A DNA stretch of 27,006 nucleotides from positions 1 to 27,006 of the forward strand of contig CAXGMD010000049.1 of NCBI GenBank assembly GCA_964010765.1. The letters are read 5' to 3'. The number at the start of each line of letters is the position of its first letter. The stretch's first letter is position 1. The notes beneath the pieces are model-generated. The model saw only the letters and a program-made list of their open reading frames with translations. It searched no databases and was not told the DNA's origin. Of this stretch, positions 17,367 to 27,006 are shown piece by piece. Source of the DNA: an uncultured bacterium. GTDB taxonomy: Bacteria; SAR324; NAC60-12. The position numbers and the translations under genes were made by a program.

Positions 17367-18406
17367 TGAACTTTGTTCTCTTAAGCTGGCTGAATCGGAA
17401 ACGGAGGATGGCCTTAGTCGCGGCCTCCCTTGGTTCAGTTGCCTTCCTGTTGTTGGGAATTCCTCTTCCACTTCTACTTGGCCCGATGGCAGGATGCCTG
17501 ATCGCAGCGCTCTGTCGACAACCCATGGAGGATATGGGAGTGTTCAGCATTTTCATGCGTACGTTCCTTGGAGTTGCGATCGGATCTTCCATCACACCTG
17601 AAGTGCTGCATGAATTCCCTCGGTACCTGCAGTCTATTTTCTTCGTACCAATCTTCGTACTCATAATTGGACTCATAGGATATCCCCTCTTTCGTCGAGT
17701 ATTTCATTACGACAAGGCCACGGCATATTACGCCTCTATGCCAGGAGGCTTGTCGGACATGCTGATTTTTGGTCAGGAAGCAGGGGGTAACCCAAGAGCA
17801 CTTTCCTTGATTCACGCCACGCGCGTAATGGGAATCATTTGGGTAGCACCGACTTTGATGGCGATGATTTGGCAGATTGATTTACACAACCCACCTGGAG
17901 TTCCTATCAACTCTGTTCCTGGTTTGGAGCTTCTATTGATGCCAATTTGTGGTTTGTTGGGCTGGAAAATAGCGGAACGCTTTCATCTTTTTGGGGCATC
18001 TATCCTTGGTCCAATGATCCTGACAGCAATCGTCTCATTATCTGGCCTGATTCATACCCGCCCACCAGCAGAAATCCTGTGGTGTGCACAGTTTTTTATT
18101 GGACTCTCCGTCGGAGTTCACTACACAGGGATTACTTTGGCAGAAGTACGTAGAGATATATTTGCTGGAGTCGTCTATAGCATAGTCCTAGCCACAATAA
18201 GTGGCTGTTTTATCATGATGATCATCGAACTAGGGATCGCCTCAGAATTGAATGCGCTCTTGGCTTTTCTAGCAGGGGGACAGGCAGAAATGATGATGAT
18301 CGCGGTTATCACTGGCGCGGATTTAACCTACGTTCTCACTCACCACTTGACTCGCTTAGTATTAGTGGTTTTGGGAGCACCCATCGTTCATCGGCTTTTA
18401 CGATGA
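17366..18406 (+). CDS. AbrB-family membrane protein (AidB-regulator type, often labelled 'putative ammonia monooxygenase')
   Basis: Two internal repeats: PLPLLLGPM...MPGGLSDM and GASILGPM...AGGQAEM, with HATR/HHLTR. GTG start overlaps the tctA stop (TAGTG). Confidence 0.88.
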   Translation: MNFVLLSWLNRKRRMALVAASLGSVAFLLLGIPLPLLLGPMAGCLIAALCRQPMEDMGVFSIFMRTFLGVAIGSSITPEVLHEFPRYLQSIFFVPIFVLIIGLIGYPLFRRVFHYDKATAYYASMPGGLSDMLIFGQEAGGNPRALSLIHATRVMGIIWVAPTLMAMIWQIDLHNPPGVPINSVPGLELLLMPICGLLGWKIAERFHLFGASILGPMILTAIVSLSGLIHTRPPAEILWCAQFFIGLSVGVHYTGITLAEVRRDIFAGVVYSIVLATISGCFIMMIIELGIASELNALLAFLAGGQAEMMMIAVITGADLTYVLTHHLTRLVLVVLGAPIVHRLLR

Positions 18407-18414
18407 TGAAGCAA

Positions 18415-19755
18415 TCAGGTGCCGCTAATGCTCATCTTATTGATGCGAAAGGGCGGAGTTAGGATCGGGTTTCTTGTGTCAACTTCGCAGCCAATCAGAT
18501 CAAGATTGTGCAACATCTGTTGGAAGGTGCTGGCAATGGTGAATTCACTGACAGGTTCAGCCAACTTACCCTCACGAATCCAAAGCCCCTGTGCTCCTCG
18601 GGAATAATCACCTGTGGTAACGTTTACTCCCTGTCCACTCATAGAGGTCAAATACAGCCCATTATCCACGCTACTGATCAACTCTTCTTCTGTGTATTTT
18701 CCAGGCTCTAGAACTAGATTGGAAATACCCCCTGCATGACCGGTGGATTCCATCTTTAATTTGTTTCCAGCATAAGTGGAGAGCATGTAATTGACTAGCT
18801 TACCATCTTCAATCAAAGTCAACGGTTTGGCGATGACCCCCTCGCTGTCGAAATAACGACTTCCTAACATTCCTGAAAGCAATGGTTGATCTGACAATTG
18901 GATTTGTGGATTCGCAACCAACTCGCCTAGCTTGTCCATCAGAAAAGACTGTTTCCTAAAAACATGATCCCCCATCATCGCAGAGCTGCAACTCGCTAAG
19001 AAGCTCCTGGCCATCTCCGCACTAAAAACAACAGGCACTTCGCAGGTAGGTGGTTTGATTGCCCCCAACTTGCGAAGCGTCCGTTGACATGCTTTATCTG
19101 CGATTGATTCAAGGGACTCTAATTTCTCCCAGAATCTTGCGCTGCTAAACCAGCCATCGGTTTGCTTTCTTCCAGTATTGAGACCTGAAGTTGCCTTATC
19201 TTCCGTAACTACGGAAATGCCAACACTGTAGAGCGTTTTAGAATAACCGTCTAAGAACCCATTTGAATCAGCATGCACTGTGTGAGAAACCAGGTCCGAA
19301 TAGTAGGCCTGCTCAGAACGTAGGCTTGATTCCAGAGCAAGGGTCTTCTCCTCTAACTCAATGGCCATCTCTACTTTTTGCTCAGACTGATGAATCGGAA
19401 AATCAGGATCTGAAAATTCCAAAGTAACATCGGCACGTCCCTGTAGTTTTGGATCAGGAAGACTATAAAAAGGATCCTTACCCATGAATGGCAAAGACTG
19501 CATGGCTGAACGCATCAATGGACGAAGAGTTTCCAACCGGAGGTCATTCGAAGAAATTGTTGAACGTTGCTGATCTTTGCATAGTGTCACGTACATCCCA
19601 GCAGAGCCCGATTCCTTTAAAGATTCGATTTTTCCATCACGAACTTCCACCTGAAAGGAAACTGCATTCACAAGTGAAGTTGAGACCTGATCCGCCCCCA
19701 GTTTCTTTCCGTATTCGACAATATTTGATGCCAACTGCTTGTACTGATCAATCAC
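18415..19755 (-). CDS. pmbA: Metalloprotease partner subunit PmbA/TldE
   Basis: VEVRDG, FDSEG, STGHAGG, GQGVNVTTGDYSRGAQG, EFTIA. GTG start at 19755 behind AGGAGG, overlapping the tldD stop. Confidence 0.93.
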   Translation of the reverse strand: MIDQYKQLASNIVEYGKKLGADQVSTSLVNAVSFQVEVRDGKIESLKESGSAGMYVTLCKDQQRSTISSNDLRLETLRPLMRSAMQSLPFMGKDPFYSLPDPKLQGRADVTLEFSDPDFPIHQSEQKVEMAIELEEKTLALESSLRSEQAYYSDLVSHTVHADSNGFLDGYSKTLYSVGISVVTEDKATSGLNTGRKQTDGWFSSARFWEKLESLESIADKACQRTLRKLGAIKPPTCEVPVVFSAEMARSFLASCSSAMMGDHVFRKQSFLMDKLGELVANPQIQLSDQPLLSGMLGSRYFDSEGVIAKPLTLIEDGKLVNYMLSTYAGNKLKMESTGHAGGISNLVLEPGKYTEEELISSVDNGLYLTSMSGQGVNVTTGDYSRGAQGLWIREGKLAEPVSEFTIASTFQQMLHNLDLIGCEVDTRNPILTPPFRINKMSISGT

Positions 19756-21248
19756 ATTCCTCCTACAGTCATTTCTGAGATCAATACGGTTGGCAAGCCA
19801 ACACCCACCGGTACACTCTGCCCATCTTTTCCACAGGTCCAAATCCCTTCACTGAACGCAAAATCATTCCCCACAAGACTAACCCTTGACATGGCATCTG
19901 GTCCATTACCGATCAATGTCAGATTCTTGATGGGCTTAGTTATTTTCCCCTTTTCAACTAAGTAGGCCACTGTCGGCACAAAGACAAAATCCCCATTTGA
20001 AATGTCTACTTGTCCTCCACTGAAGGAAACACAGTAAATTCCCTGATCCACTGCCTCAAGAATTTCTTCAGGATCCGTTTCGCCATTGGCCAAGTAGGTG
20101 GTCGTCATTCTTGGCATTGGGTAATGAGCATACGATTCCCTTCGACCATTGCCTGTGGGCTCTAGGTCATAGTGTGCAGCACTAATCCGATCGTGCATGT
20201 AGCCCCGTAAAATTCCGTTTTCGATTAAGAGATTTTGGCTTGGCAGAAATCCCTCATCATCACAATTCAGGGCTCCCCGGTCATAGTCAATAGTACCCGT
20301 GTCATAGATCGTACAAAGGGGGGACGCTACCTGTTCACCAATTCGCCCACTGTAGGCCGAAGATCCCTTCCGATTGAAATCTGCTTCCAGTGGGTGACCA
20401 ACCGCCTCATGCAACAAAATCCCAGATTGCGCTGGGCCAAGAATCACTGGCATTGATCCAGATGGGGCTTGTTCCGCTCCCAGTAGAAGAATTGCTTCTG
20501 CTGCTGCTTTTTTACCGATTTGATTGGGATGATCCTCTGCTTCCAAAAAAGGCAGGCCAACCCGTCCTCCGACACCAGCTGAGCCTGTCTGAACATTTTT
20601 TTCTTCTTGAGCAACACAGTGTACATTCATTCGGAACATAGGCCTGACGTCACTCACAAAACGTCCATCAGAGGTCACGATTCTAACAATATCTACCGTA
20701 TCTACCATTGAAACGGTGACTCGCTTGATTCGTGGATCGAAGTCATGGGCTGCTCTCTCTGCAGCCTGAATCTTCGTGATTTTATCTGCCAGAGGCAGAT
20801 CGGTTACCGTCCGCATCACAGGATAATGATTCGAGGGTTTTAACCTGTTAAATTGGTAGCCTTCATGTTCTTTGACAGTAGCTGAGGTCGCAATCGAGGC
20901 TGCAGTTCGGGCCGCTCGTTGCATTGCTTCGAAGCTGAGATCTTCACTGTAAGCATAACCCGTTTGATCTCCTTTCAGAACCCTCACGCCTACTCCTTTG
21001 GATATGGAAATTGAAGAGTTTTTGATGATACTCTCCTCCATTACCACAGAGGTCCGGTAAGCGTATTCAAAGTACAGATCTGCATAATCACCTCCTCGGG
21101 AAAGTGCAGCTTGCAGTACCTGATGCATGTGGGAATCAGTCACCCCCATTTGGCCTTCAAGCAGGGCCTTGGCCATTTGATCTGGGGTTCCAGTTGGAAG
21201 TTGCAGTACCGTTTCCTGCTCTTCAAAGAGTGCTTCTTCTTGATCCAT
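19752..21248 (-). CDS. tldD: Metalloprotease TldD
   Basis: DYADLYFE, GVGVRV, HEAVGHPLEADFNRKG, TGNGRRESYAH, PRMT, CGKDGQSVPVGVG. Confidence 0.96.
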   Translation of the reverse strand: MDQEEALFEEQETVLQLPTGTPDQMAKALLEGQMGVTDSHMHQVLQAALSRGGDYADLYFEYAYRTSVVMEESIIKNSSISISKGVGVRVLKGDQTGYAYSEDLSFEAMQRAARTAASIATSATVKEHEGYQFNRLKPSNHYPVMRTVTDLPLADKITKIQAAERAAHDFDPRIKRVTVSMVDTVDIVRIVTSDGRFVSDVRPMFRMNVHCVAQEEKNVQTGSAGVGGRVGLPFLEAEDHPNQIGKKAAAEAILLLGAEQAPSGSMPVILGPAQSGILLHEAVGHPLEADFNRKGSSAYSGRIGEQVASPLCTIYDTGTIDYDRGALNCDDEGFLPSQNLLIENGILRGYMHDRISAAHYDLEPTGNGRRESYAHYPMPRMTTTYLANGETDPEEILEAVDQGIYCVSFSGGQVDISNGDFVFVPTVAYLVEKGKITKPIKNLTLIGNGPDAMSRVSLVGNDFAFSEGIWTCGKDGQSVPVGVGLPTVLISEMTVGGM

Positions 21249-21327
21249 TAAAATTCCTGTAGTTGACAGGCTGCTGGGGGAAATCTCTATTGGCTAGAGT
21301 CCACGGCAAGTTGATAAGGGCAAAAAA

Positions 21328-21855
21328 ATGTTGTTCTTCAAACAAAAGACTTCGCAACTCAAAGTGATACGAACTGGTATCTTTCATGAAAGAGTGGCGA
21401 AAATTAGACCAACCCTCTTTATCTTCAGCTTGGCAACCCTGGTTATCTGGCTAGGTCTTCTCCCCAATGTGCTGGCAGGAGATGATCAATTACGTTACCA
21501 ACGATTTATGGCCGAGCAGAACCGCTATGGCAAGCCAAGACCGCGAACCGGAGATCGAGAGTCTGGGTATGCCGCTGAACATATGATCCGTAATAATCTA
21601 TGGTTTGTCGATGAATTAAAGTCTCCCCCCTACCGAGGGGCACGTGATCCCAACCTCTACCAACGGCACTTTCAGACCAGTCAGACTGTCAACAAAATGG
21701 TGCCGATTCCAAAGATTCGCCAAAGTGAGGCCGAGATCAACTCTGCTTACAAAGCCGCTGAAATGACAAGAAAATCCAATCGTTTTTCCCGTACCCCCCA
21801 AGATATCCAGGGTTTTCGACAAGCTCGCCGCAACTATTTGAATCGTCAACGCTGA
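21328..21855 (+). CDS. Hypothetical, probably secreted Arg/Gln-rich protein
   Basis: The only long ORF filling the tldD-purC gap. A hydrophobic segment ending NVLA|GD looks like a signal peptide if translation starts at GTG 21394. Confidence 0.65.
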   Translation: MLFFKQKTSQLKVIRTGIFHERVAKIRPTLFIFSLATLVIWLGLLPNVLAGDDQLRYQRFMAEQNRYGKPRPRTGDRESGYAAEHMIRNNLWFVDELKSPPYRGARDPNLYQRHFQTSQTVNKMVPIPKIRQSEAEINSAYKAAEMTRKSNRFSRTPQDIQGFRQARRNYLNRQR

Positions 21856-21893
21856 AGAGTTCAAAACTCCAGGCTCCGCACTCGGATAACCCT

Positions 21894-21922
21894 TTGACAT
21901 TTTAGAGGAGTCCGATAACTAT
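21894..21922 (+). promoter_or_regulatory. Possible sigma70 promoter of the pur operon
   Basis: Perfect TTGACA at 21894-21899; only a weak -10 (TAACTA/AACTAT) at 16-17 bp spacing. Confidence 0.3.
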
Positions 21923-21959
21923 TTCAGACCTCTACTTCAAACAAATCAATCGATCTTCG

Positions 21960-22694
21960 ATGCAGAGCACCCATCTATCGCCCTCCACTCTTCTCTACGA
22001 AGGAAAAGCCAAGCAGCTTTTTTTGACAGATGACCCTGAAGTTCTTTGGGTTCGTTACAAAGATGACGCAACAGCTTTCAACGGACAGAAATTCGACAGG
22101 CTCCTTGGCAAGGGTGTTTTAAACAATTTGATCAGTGCCCAAATTTTCAAAGACCTCGCTGACTTTGGTATTCCCAGCCATTTCATCGATATAGTTTCTG
22201 ATATTGAACAATTGGTACGTCGTGTAGAAATCATCCAGTTGGAGGTCGTGGTCCGGAATGCAGTAGCTGGTTCTCTCGCAAAGAGAATTGGTTGGAAAGA
22301 AGGACGTTCCTTAAAACAGCCAATCGTAGAATTTTACTACAAAAATGACGACCTTGGGGATCCCCTGCTAACTGAAAATCACATTGACCTACTTGACTTA
22401 GCCACAACCCAAGAAATCAAGGAATTGAGAGAAAGTGCTCTACGAATCAATGATTTTCTCACCAAAAGATTCAGCAAAATTGATCTACAACTAGTTGATT
22501 TCAAGCTCGAATTTGGTCGTCAGCCTAATGGGTCTTTGATTCTTGCCGATGAGATTTCCCCAGATACTTGCCGACTTTGGGATGGAAAAACCAATGAAAA
22601 AATGGATAAGGACCGTTTTCGTCGTAACCTTGGGGGTTTAGTGGAAGCGTATCAAGAGGTTTGGAAACGATTACACATGGGGAAAGATGCTTAA
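21960..22694 (+). CDS. purC: Phosphoribosylaminoimidazole-succinocarboxamide synthase
   Basis: LYEGKAK, KDDATAFNG, LEVVVRN, DFKLEFG, LADEISPDTCRLWD, DKDRFR. Confidence 0.97.
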   Translation: MQSTHLSPSTLLYEGKAKQLFLTDDPEVLWVRYKDDATAFNGQKFDRLLGKGVLNNLISAQIFKDLADFGIPSHFIDIVSDIEQLVRRVEIIQLEVVVRNAVAGSLAKRIGWKEGRSLKQPIVEFYYKNDDLGDPLLTENHIDLLDLATTQEIKELRESALRINDFLTKRFSKIDLQLVDFKLEFGRQPNGSLILADEISPDTCRLWDGKTNEKMDKDRFRRNLGGLVEAYQEVWKRLHMGKDA

Positions 22695-22935
22695 GGGAGT
22701 CATCACAGTGATGTTACAACCAAATGTGTTAGACGTTCAGGGCCAGGCTGTCCAAGGAGCTTTAAAGCATTTGGGCTTCGAGTCCGTGGAGAAGGTTCGT
22801 ATCGGCCGCCAAATTGAAATGATCTTGCCCACAGAAGACCGTGAGGCTGCAAGTCTCCAACTAAGGGAAATGGCGGAGAAATTGTTAGCCAATCCAGTGA
22901 TTGAAGATTTCCAGATCGAAATCCAGGAAGCTTGA
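22687..22935 (+). CDS. purS: FGAM synthase subunit PurS
   Basis: VLDVQGQAV, VRIGR, KLLANPVIEDF. Confidence 0.95.
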   Translation: MLKGVITVMLQPNVLDVQGQAVQGALKHLGFESVEKVRIGRQIEMILPTEDREAASLQLREMAEKLLANPVIEDFQIEIQEA

Positions 22936-23606
22936 TGCATTGTGCCGTTCTCGTTTTTCCTGGTTCAAATTGTGATGTTGATCTCTACAAGGCAATTCTA
23001 CAAATAAAGGGAGCAACTGCGGAATACGTCTGGCACACAGACACAGATTTGGACCGCTTCGATGTGCTTATGATACCTGGTGGATTCACTTATGGTGATT
23101 ACCTGAGACCTGGTGCTCTGGCTGGCGTCTCTCCAGTCATTGCCTCTGTGAAAAAAGCTGCCAATTCAGGAAAATTAGTTCTGGGAATTTGCAATGGATT
23201 CCAAATCTTGATTGAAGCAGGCTTGCTTCCCGGTGCTTTACTGCCGAATCAGAGTTTGCAGTTCATCTGTGATGTGGTCCCTGTAAAAGTGGTGCAGTCA
23301 AAATCTCCCTTTACTTCTAGCTACGAGCTTGGAGACCTCCTGAGACTTCCAATCGCGCATGGTTCAGGAAATTATTATTGTGACGAAGTTACTCATCAGG
23401 AACTGGAGTCAAACGGTCAGATAGCATTCTCCTTTCCCCCAGAAAACAATCCCAATGGTTCTCTCGCTGGAATCACTGGTTTGTTGAATGAACAAAGGAA
23501 TGTCTTAGGAATGATGCCCCACCCGGAAAGAGCTGTGAAGCAGTGGCTTGGCAGTACTGATGGACTTGGAATCTTTCAATCCATGCTTGATCACCACACA
23601 GCCTGA
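22935..23606 (+). CDS. purQ: FGAM synthase glutaminase subunit PurQ
   Basis: [39 protein letters not shown] 22935 overlaps the purS stop (TGATG). Confidence 0.97.
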   Translation: MHCAVLVFPGSNCDVDLYKAILQIKGATAEYVWHTDTDLDRFDVLMIPGGFTYGDYLRPGALAGVSPVIASVKKAANSGKLVLGICNGFQILIEAGLLPGALLPNQSLQFICDVVPVKVVQSKSPFTSSYELGDLLRLPIAHGSGNYYCDEVTHQELESNGQIAFSFPPENNPNGSLAGITGLLNEQRNVLGMMPHPERAVKQWLGSTDGLGIFQSMLDHHTA

Positions 23607-23610
23607 CTCA

Positions 23611-25836
23611 ATGCCTCAGGAACCCTCCCCTCAGCAAATCGCAGAGCAAAAAATCTATCGTGAAATGGGATTGATCCCAGACGAGTACAATCGCATTGTA
23701 GAGCTCTTGGGCCGCCAGCCAAACTATAGAGAAACTGGCATCTTTGCCGTCATGTGGTCTGAGCACTGTAGCTACAAAAACTCGAAGCCTTTGTTGAAGT
23801 TATTTCCGACAGAAGGTCCCCAAGTACTTCAAGGCCCTGGGGAAGGAGCAGGAATAGTTGACATCGGTGATGGGTGGGCAGTCGTTTTCAAAGTTGAGAG
23901 TCACAATCACCCCACGGCGGTCGAGCCTTACCAAGGGGCTGCGACTGGGGTTGGTGGCATCTTGAGGGATATTTTTTCCATGGGAGCACGGCCGATTGCA
24001 CTGATGAACTCTCTCCGATTCGGCACGCTTGATAAAGCACACAATCGGTATCTGCTTTCCCATGCCGTCTCAGGAATTGCTGCATATGGGAATTGTATTG
24101 GTGTACCAACTGTTGGCGGTGAGGTATTTCTTGAGACTTGCTACGATGAAAATCCTCTGGTCAATGTCTTCTGTCTAGGAATTGTAAAGCATGACCAGAT
24201 TCAGCATGGCAAAGCAAGTGGTCTGGGGAATCCCGTTCTCTATCTGGGAAATGCGACAGGCCGAGATGGAATCCATGGGGCGACCTTCGCTTCGGAAGAA
24301 CTGAGTGAGGGGTCTGCTAGCAAACGACCTGCTGTCCAGGTTGGTGACCCATTTGCTGGTAAAAGGCTGTTAGAAGCCTGCGTGGAAATTTACCAGACTG
24401 GAGCTGTGGTGAGTGTCCAGGATATGGGTGCAGCGGGATTAACCTGCAGCAGCACCGAAATGGGTTTTAAGGGACAAACTGGTATTGACCTAAACCTTGA
24501 TAAAGTTCCAAAGCGAGCTGAATCAATGACAGCTTATGAAATTATGCTCTCCGAATCCCAGGAGAGAATGCTTTTTGTCATTGAAAAAGGTCGGGAGTCA
24601 GAAGTTCAAAAGATCTGTGACAAGTGGGAACTGCCGAACGCGATTGTTGGAGAGGTAACCAACAGCCAGCATTTGAGCTTATTCCAAGATGGTCAGCAAG
24701 TGGCAAACCTACCGCTTGATGCATGCTGTGAGTTGACACCCGTCTATCAGAGGGAAGCTCATCCTCCAGAAAAAGAGACGCTTCCAAAAAGTTCATCTCC
24801 AGAAAAAGAACCGGAGAACTACCTTGAAGTTCTAAAGCAACTCCTTGTTCATCCAAATATCTCAGATAAATCTTGGGTCTATCAACAATATGATTCGATG
24901 GTGGGGACACGTACTGCTCAGGGGCCAGGAGGTGATGCTGCTGTCATCATTTTAGAAGAATGCCAAAAAGCTTTGGCTATCAGCATGGACGGTAATAGCC
25001 GATACGTTGTTCTCGATCCATATTGGGGTGGACTGATTACAGTTGCGGAAGCTGCCCGCAACGTTGTTTGTGCAGGGGCGAGACCACTGGCGTTGACCGA
25101 TGGGCTGAATTATGGCTCGCCTGAAAAGCCAGAAATTTTCTGGCAGATGCAGGAATCTGTTCGAGGAATGGCCGAAGCCTGTGAGTTTTTATCACTCCCC
25201 GTTACAGGCGGAAACGTCAGCCTTTACAATGAATCCCATGGAGAAGCAATTTACCCAACACCAATCATTGGAATGGTTGGATTAATTGAGAATCTTAATC
25301 ATATAACCCCCTCAAATTTTCAGAGTCTGGGTGATCAAATCTGGCTTCTTGGTGAGACTTTCGCAGAGTTGGGAGGTTCTTGTTACCAAGAGATCAGTTC
25401 AGGTGGAATCTTCGGCGACGCTCCTAAACTAGAATTGGACCGAGAAAAACGTCTTCAGGAAGCTGTTCTCGTTGCAATTGAAAGTGGCTTGGTTTCCTCC
25501 GCTCATGATTTATCTCTCGGAGGATTGGCCGTTGGACTTGTGAAAGCTTCTACTGAATCTTTCTCGGCTAGTGTAAGTTTTGAATCAGCTCTTCGGGCAG
25601 ATGAATTTCTTTTCAGTGAAAGTCCATCACGGATCCTCCTTAGTATCCCAAATCAGTTTTCAGCATTACTCCAATCCATAATGGCTAAGCACAAGATCCC
25701 TGCTATGATGATGGGTAAGGTAGTTTCTGATCAGTTTCGTATTTCTTTCAATGATGAGCTTTTGATTCAAGATCAAATTCAATCGTTGAAAGCATGCTGG
25801 CGCAATGGCTTCCGCAACTACTTTACCAAAACTTGA
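23611..25836 (+). CDS. purL: FGAM synthase subunit PurL (small type)
   Basis: [54 protein letters not shown]. Start placed at ATG 23611, just after the purQ stop. Confidence 0.97.
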   Translation: MPQEPSPQQIAEQKIYREMGLIPDEYNRIVELLGRQPNYRETGIFAVMWSEHCSYKNSKPLLKLFPTEGPQVLQGPGEGAGIVDIGDGWAVVFKVESHNHPTAVEPYQGAATGVGGILRDIFSMGARPIALMNSLRFGTLDKAHNRYLLSHAVSGIAAYGNCIGVPTVGGEVFLETCYDENPLVNVFCLGIVKHDQIQHGKASGLGNPVLYLGNATGRDGIHGATFASEELSEGSASKRPAVQVGDPFAGKRLLEACVEIYQTGAVVSVQDMGAAGLTCSSTEMGFKGQTGIDLNLDKVPKRAESMTAYEIMLSESQERMLFVIEKGRESEVQKICDKWELPNAIVGEVTNSQHLSLFQDGQQVANLPLDACCELTPVYQREAHPPEKETLPKSSSPEKEPENYLEVLKQLLVHPNISDKSWVYQQYDSMVGTRTAQGPGGDAAVIILEECQKALAISMDGNSRYVVLDPYWGGLITVAEAARNVVCAGARPLALTDGLNYGSPEKPEIFWQMQESVRGMAEACEFLSLPVTGGNVSLYNESHGEAIYPTPIIGMVGLIENLNHITPSNFQSLGDQIWLLGETFAELGGSCYQEISSGGIFGDAPKLELDREKRLQEAVLVAIESGLVSSAHDLSLGGLAVGLVKASTESFSASVSFESALRADEFLFSESPSRILLSIPNQFSALLQSIMAKHKIPAMMMGKVVSDQFRISFNDELLIQDQIQSLKACWRNGFRNYFTKT

Positions 25837-25867
25837 TTAAATCCCAAAAAATTCAACCAAAGGATCC

Positions 25868-27006
25868 ATGTCATTTTGGTTTGACGAAGATGGCCTGAAC
25901 GAAGAATGCGGTGTATTCGGCATTTTCAATCACCCTGATGCCGCAGAATTAACCTATTATGGGATGCATGCTCTTCAACATAGGGGCCAGGAGAGTGCAG
26001 GGATTTGTGTAAGTGATGAAGGGGTTCTAAACGTTCGTCGCGGGATGGGCCTAGTTACAGAAGCACTGAATAAACAAACTCTGGAAACACTTCCCGGCTG
26101 TCATGCAATTGGCCATGTCCGCTACACTACCGCTGGCGCCAGTATTATCACTAATGCTCAGCCCCTTCGCTTCCGCTACACTGGTGGTCAAGTCGCCATT
26201 GCACATAATGGGAACCTCGTAAACGCTCAAAAGTTGCGTGGTGATCTGGAACGCAGAGGCTCTATTTTCCAAACCGATAGTGATACCGAGGTGATTTCTC
26301 ACCTGATGGCGCAATCAGGGCTTAGTGTTGAAAAGGCTCTTCAAACTGCGTTGGTAGCAATTGAAGGGGCCTATGCGTTGGTTCTACTGACACCTGACAA
26401 ACTGATTGTGGCCCAAGATCCGCGTGGTTTTCGTCCACTCTGTTTAGGACAAATAGGTCAGAATTGTTGGGTCGTTGCCTCCGAAAGTTGTGCTTTTAAT
26501 GTCATCGACGCTGAATTTGTGCGTGACCTACATCAGGGTGAAATGCTCGTCATTGATGAGCAAGGTCCCCACTCCACCCGTTTTGCTCCAGAATTACCCA
26601 GAACCCTCTGCTCCTTTGAATACATCTATTTCGCCAGACCCGACAGCGACCTTGGGGGAGTGAGTGTCCATCTTGCCAGAAAGCAACTCGGAGCAAAACT
26701 CTTCCAAGAATCTCCTGCAGAAGCTGATATTGTCATCGGTGTGCCCGACAGTGGCCTCTCGACAGCAATTGGCTATGCGGAGGCTTCAGGGTTACCGTAC
26801 GAGGTAGGTATGATCAAGAATCGCTACGTTGGACGTACATTTATCCAACCGAACCAGATCATGCGGCGGCAGGGAGTCAAAATGAAGCTCAGCGTCGTTC
26901 GGCGGGTGATTGAAGGTAAACGAGTTGTCCTGATTGACGATTCGATCGTGCGGGGAAACACCTGCGGTCGTATTGTTCGACTACTTAGAGAAGCTGGTGC
27001 AAAAGA
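25868..27006 (+). CDS. purF: Amidophosphoribosyltransferase (partial, runs off the window; not in the ORF track)
   Basis: MSFWFDEDGLNEE-CGVFG (propeptide then catalytic Cys), QHRGQE, GHVRY, AHNGNL, CSFEYIYFARPDS, VLIDDSIVRG; the DDS motif checks in frame with the start. Confidence 0.96.
   Translation, partial: MSFWFDEDGLNEECGVFGIFNHPDAAELTYYGMHALQHRGQESAGICVSDEGVLNVRRGMGLVTEALNKQTLETLPGCHAIGHVRYTTAGASIITNAQPLRFRYTGGQVAIAHNGNLVNAQKLRGDLERRGSIFQTDSDTEVISHLMAQSGLSVEKALQTALVAIEGAYALVLLTPDKLIVAQDPRGFRPLCLGQIGQNCWVVASESCAFNVIDAEFVRDLHQGEMLVIDEQGPHSTRFAPELPRTLCSFEYIYFARPDSDLGGVSVHLARKQLGAKLFQESPAEADIVIGVPDSGLSTAIGYAEASGLPYEVGMIKNRYVGRTFIQPNQIMRRQGVKMKLSVVRRVIEGKRVVLIDDSIVRGNTCGRIVRLLREAGAK

Noticed and set aside
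17366..18406. Ammonia monooxygenase or Bacillus transition-state regulator AbrB
   Set aside because: No amoCAB context or copper-monooxygenase motifs, and the protein is all-membrane, unlike the small DNA-binding AbrB.
19756..19842. Longer PmbA start (19842), and likewise the longer purL (23548), LivF-like (6695) and regulator (12569) starts
   Set aside because: They overlap upstream genes deeply and add non-family sequence. Downstream starts fit the RBS, gene coupling or domain boundary better.
18415..21855. RiPP/microcin cluster around tldD-pmbA
   Set aside because: No YcaO, radical SAM, precursor-like peptide or exporter nearby. TldDE is commonly a housekeeping pair.
21856..21959. Purine or ZTP riboswitch, or PurR box, ahead of purC
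   Set aside because: The spacer is short and has no aptamer core or terminator. The repeated GATAAC (21885, 21914) is too weak to call.

Overview
A gene-dense bacterial chromosome segment. I saw no rRNA, tRNA, CRISPR array or mobile element. In order: the 3' tip of a molybdo-hydroxylase large-subunit gene; a compact chemosensory operon (receiver-adenylate cyclase, cheA, cheW, cheB) lacking cheY, cheR and any MCP; rpe; a minus-strand operon (stand-alone Lrp/AsnC RAM-domain protein, alpha/beta hydrolase, complete Liv/HAAT-type ABC importer); a CitA/CitB-family two-component system divergent from tctCBA plus an AbrB-family membrane protein; tldD-pmbA; an orphan, probably secreted basic protein; and a Bacilli-like purC-purS-purQ-purL-purF operon running off the right end. 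Best leads: (1) a Che pathway whose apparent direct output is a CheA-phosphorylated adenylate cyclase; (2) a switch-like structured leader upstream of tctC; (3) an apparent ATA start codon in tctA; (4) a RAM-protein/HGGxW-hydrolase/aromatic-importer module possibly linked to tryptophan or anthranilate. All calls rest on motif recognition by eye; no searches were run.
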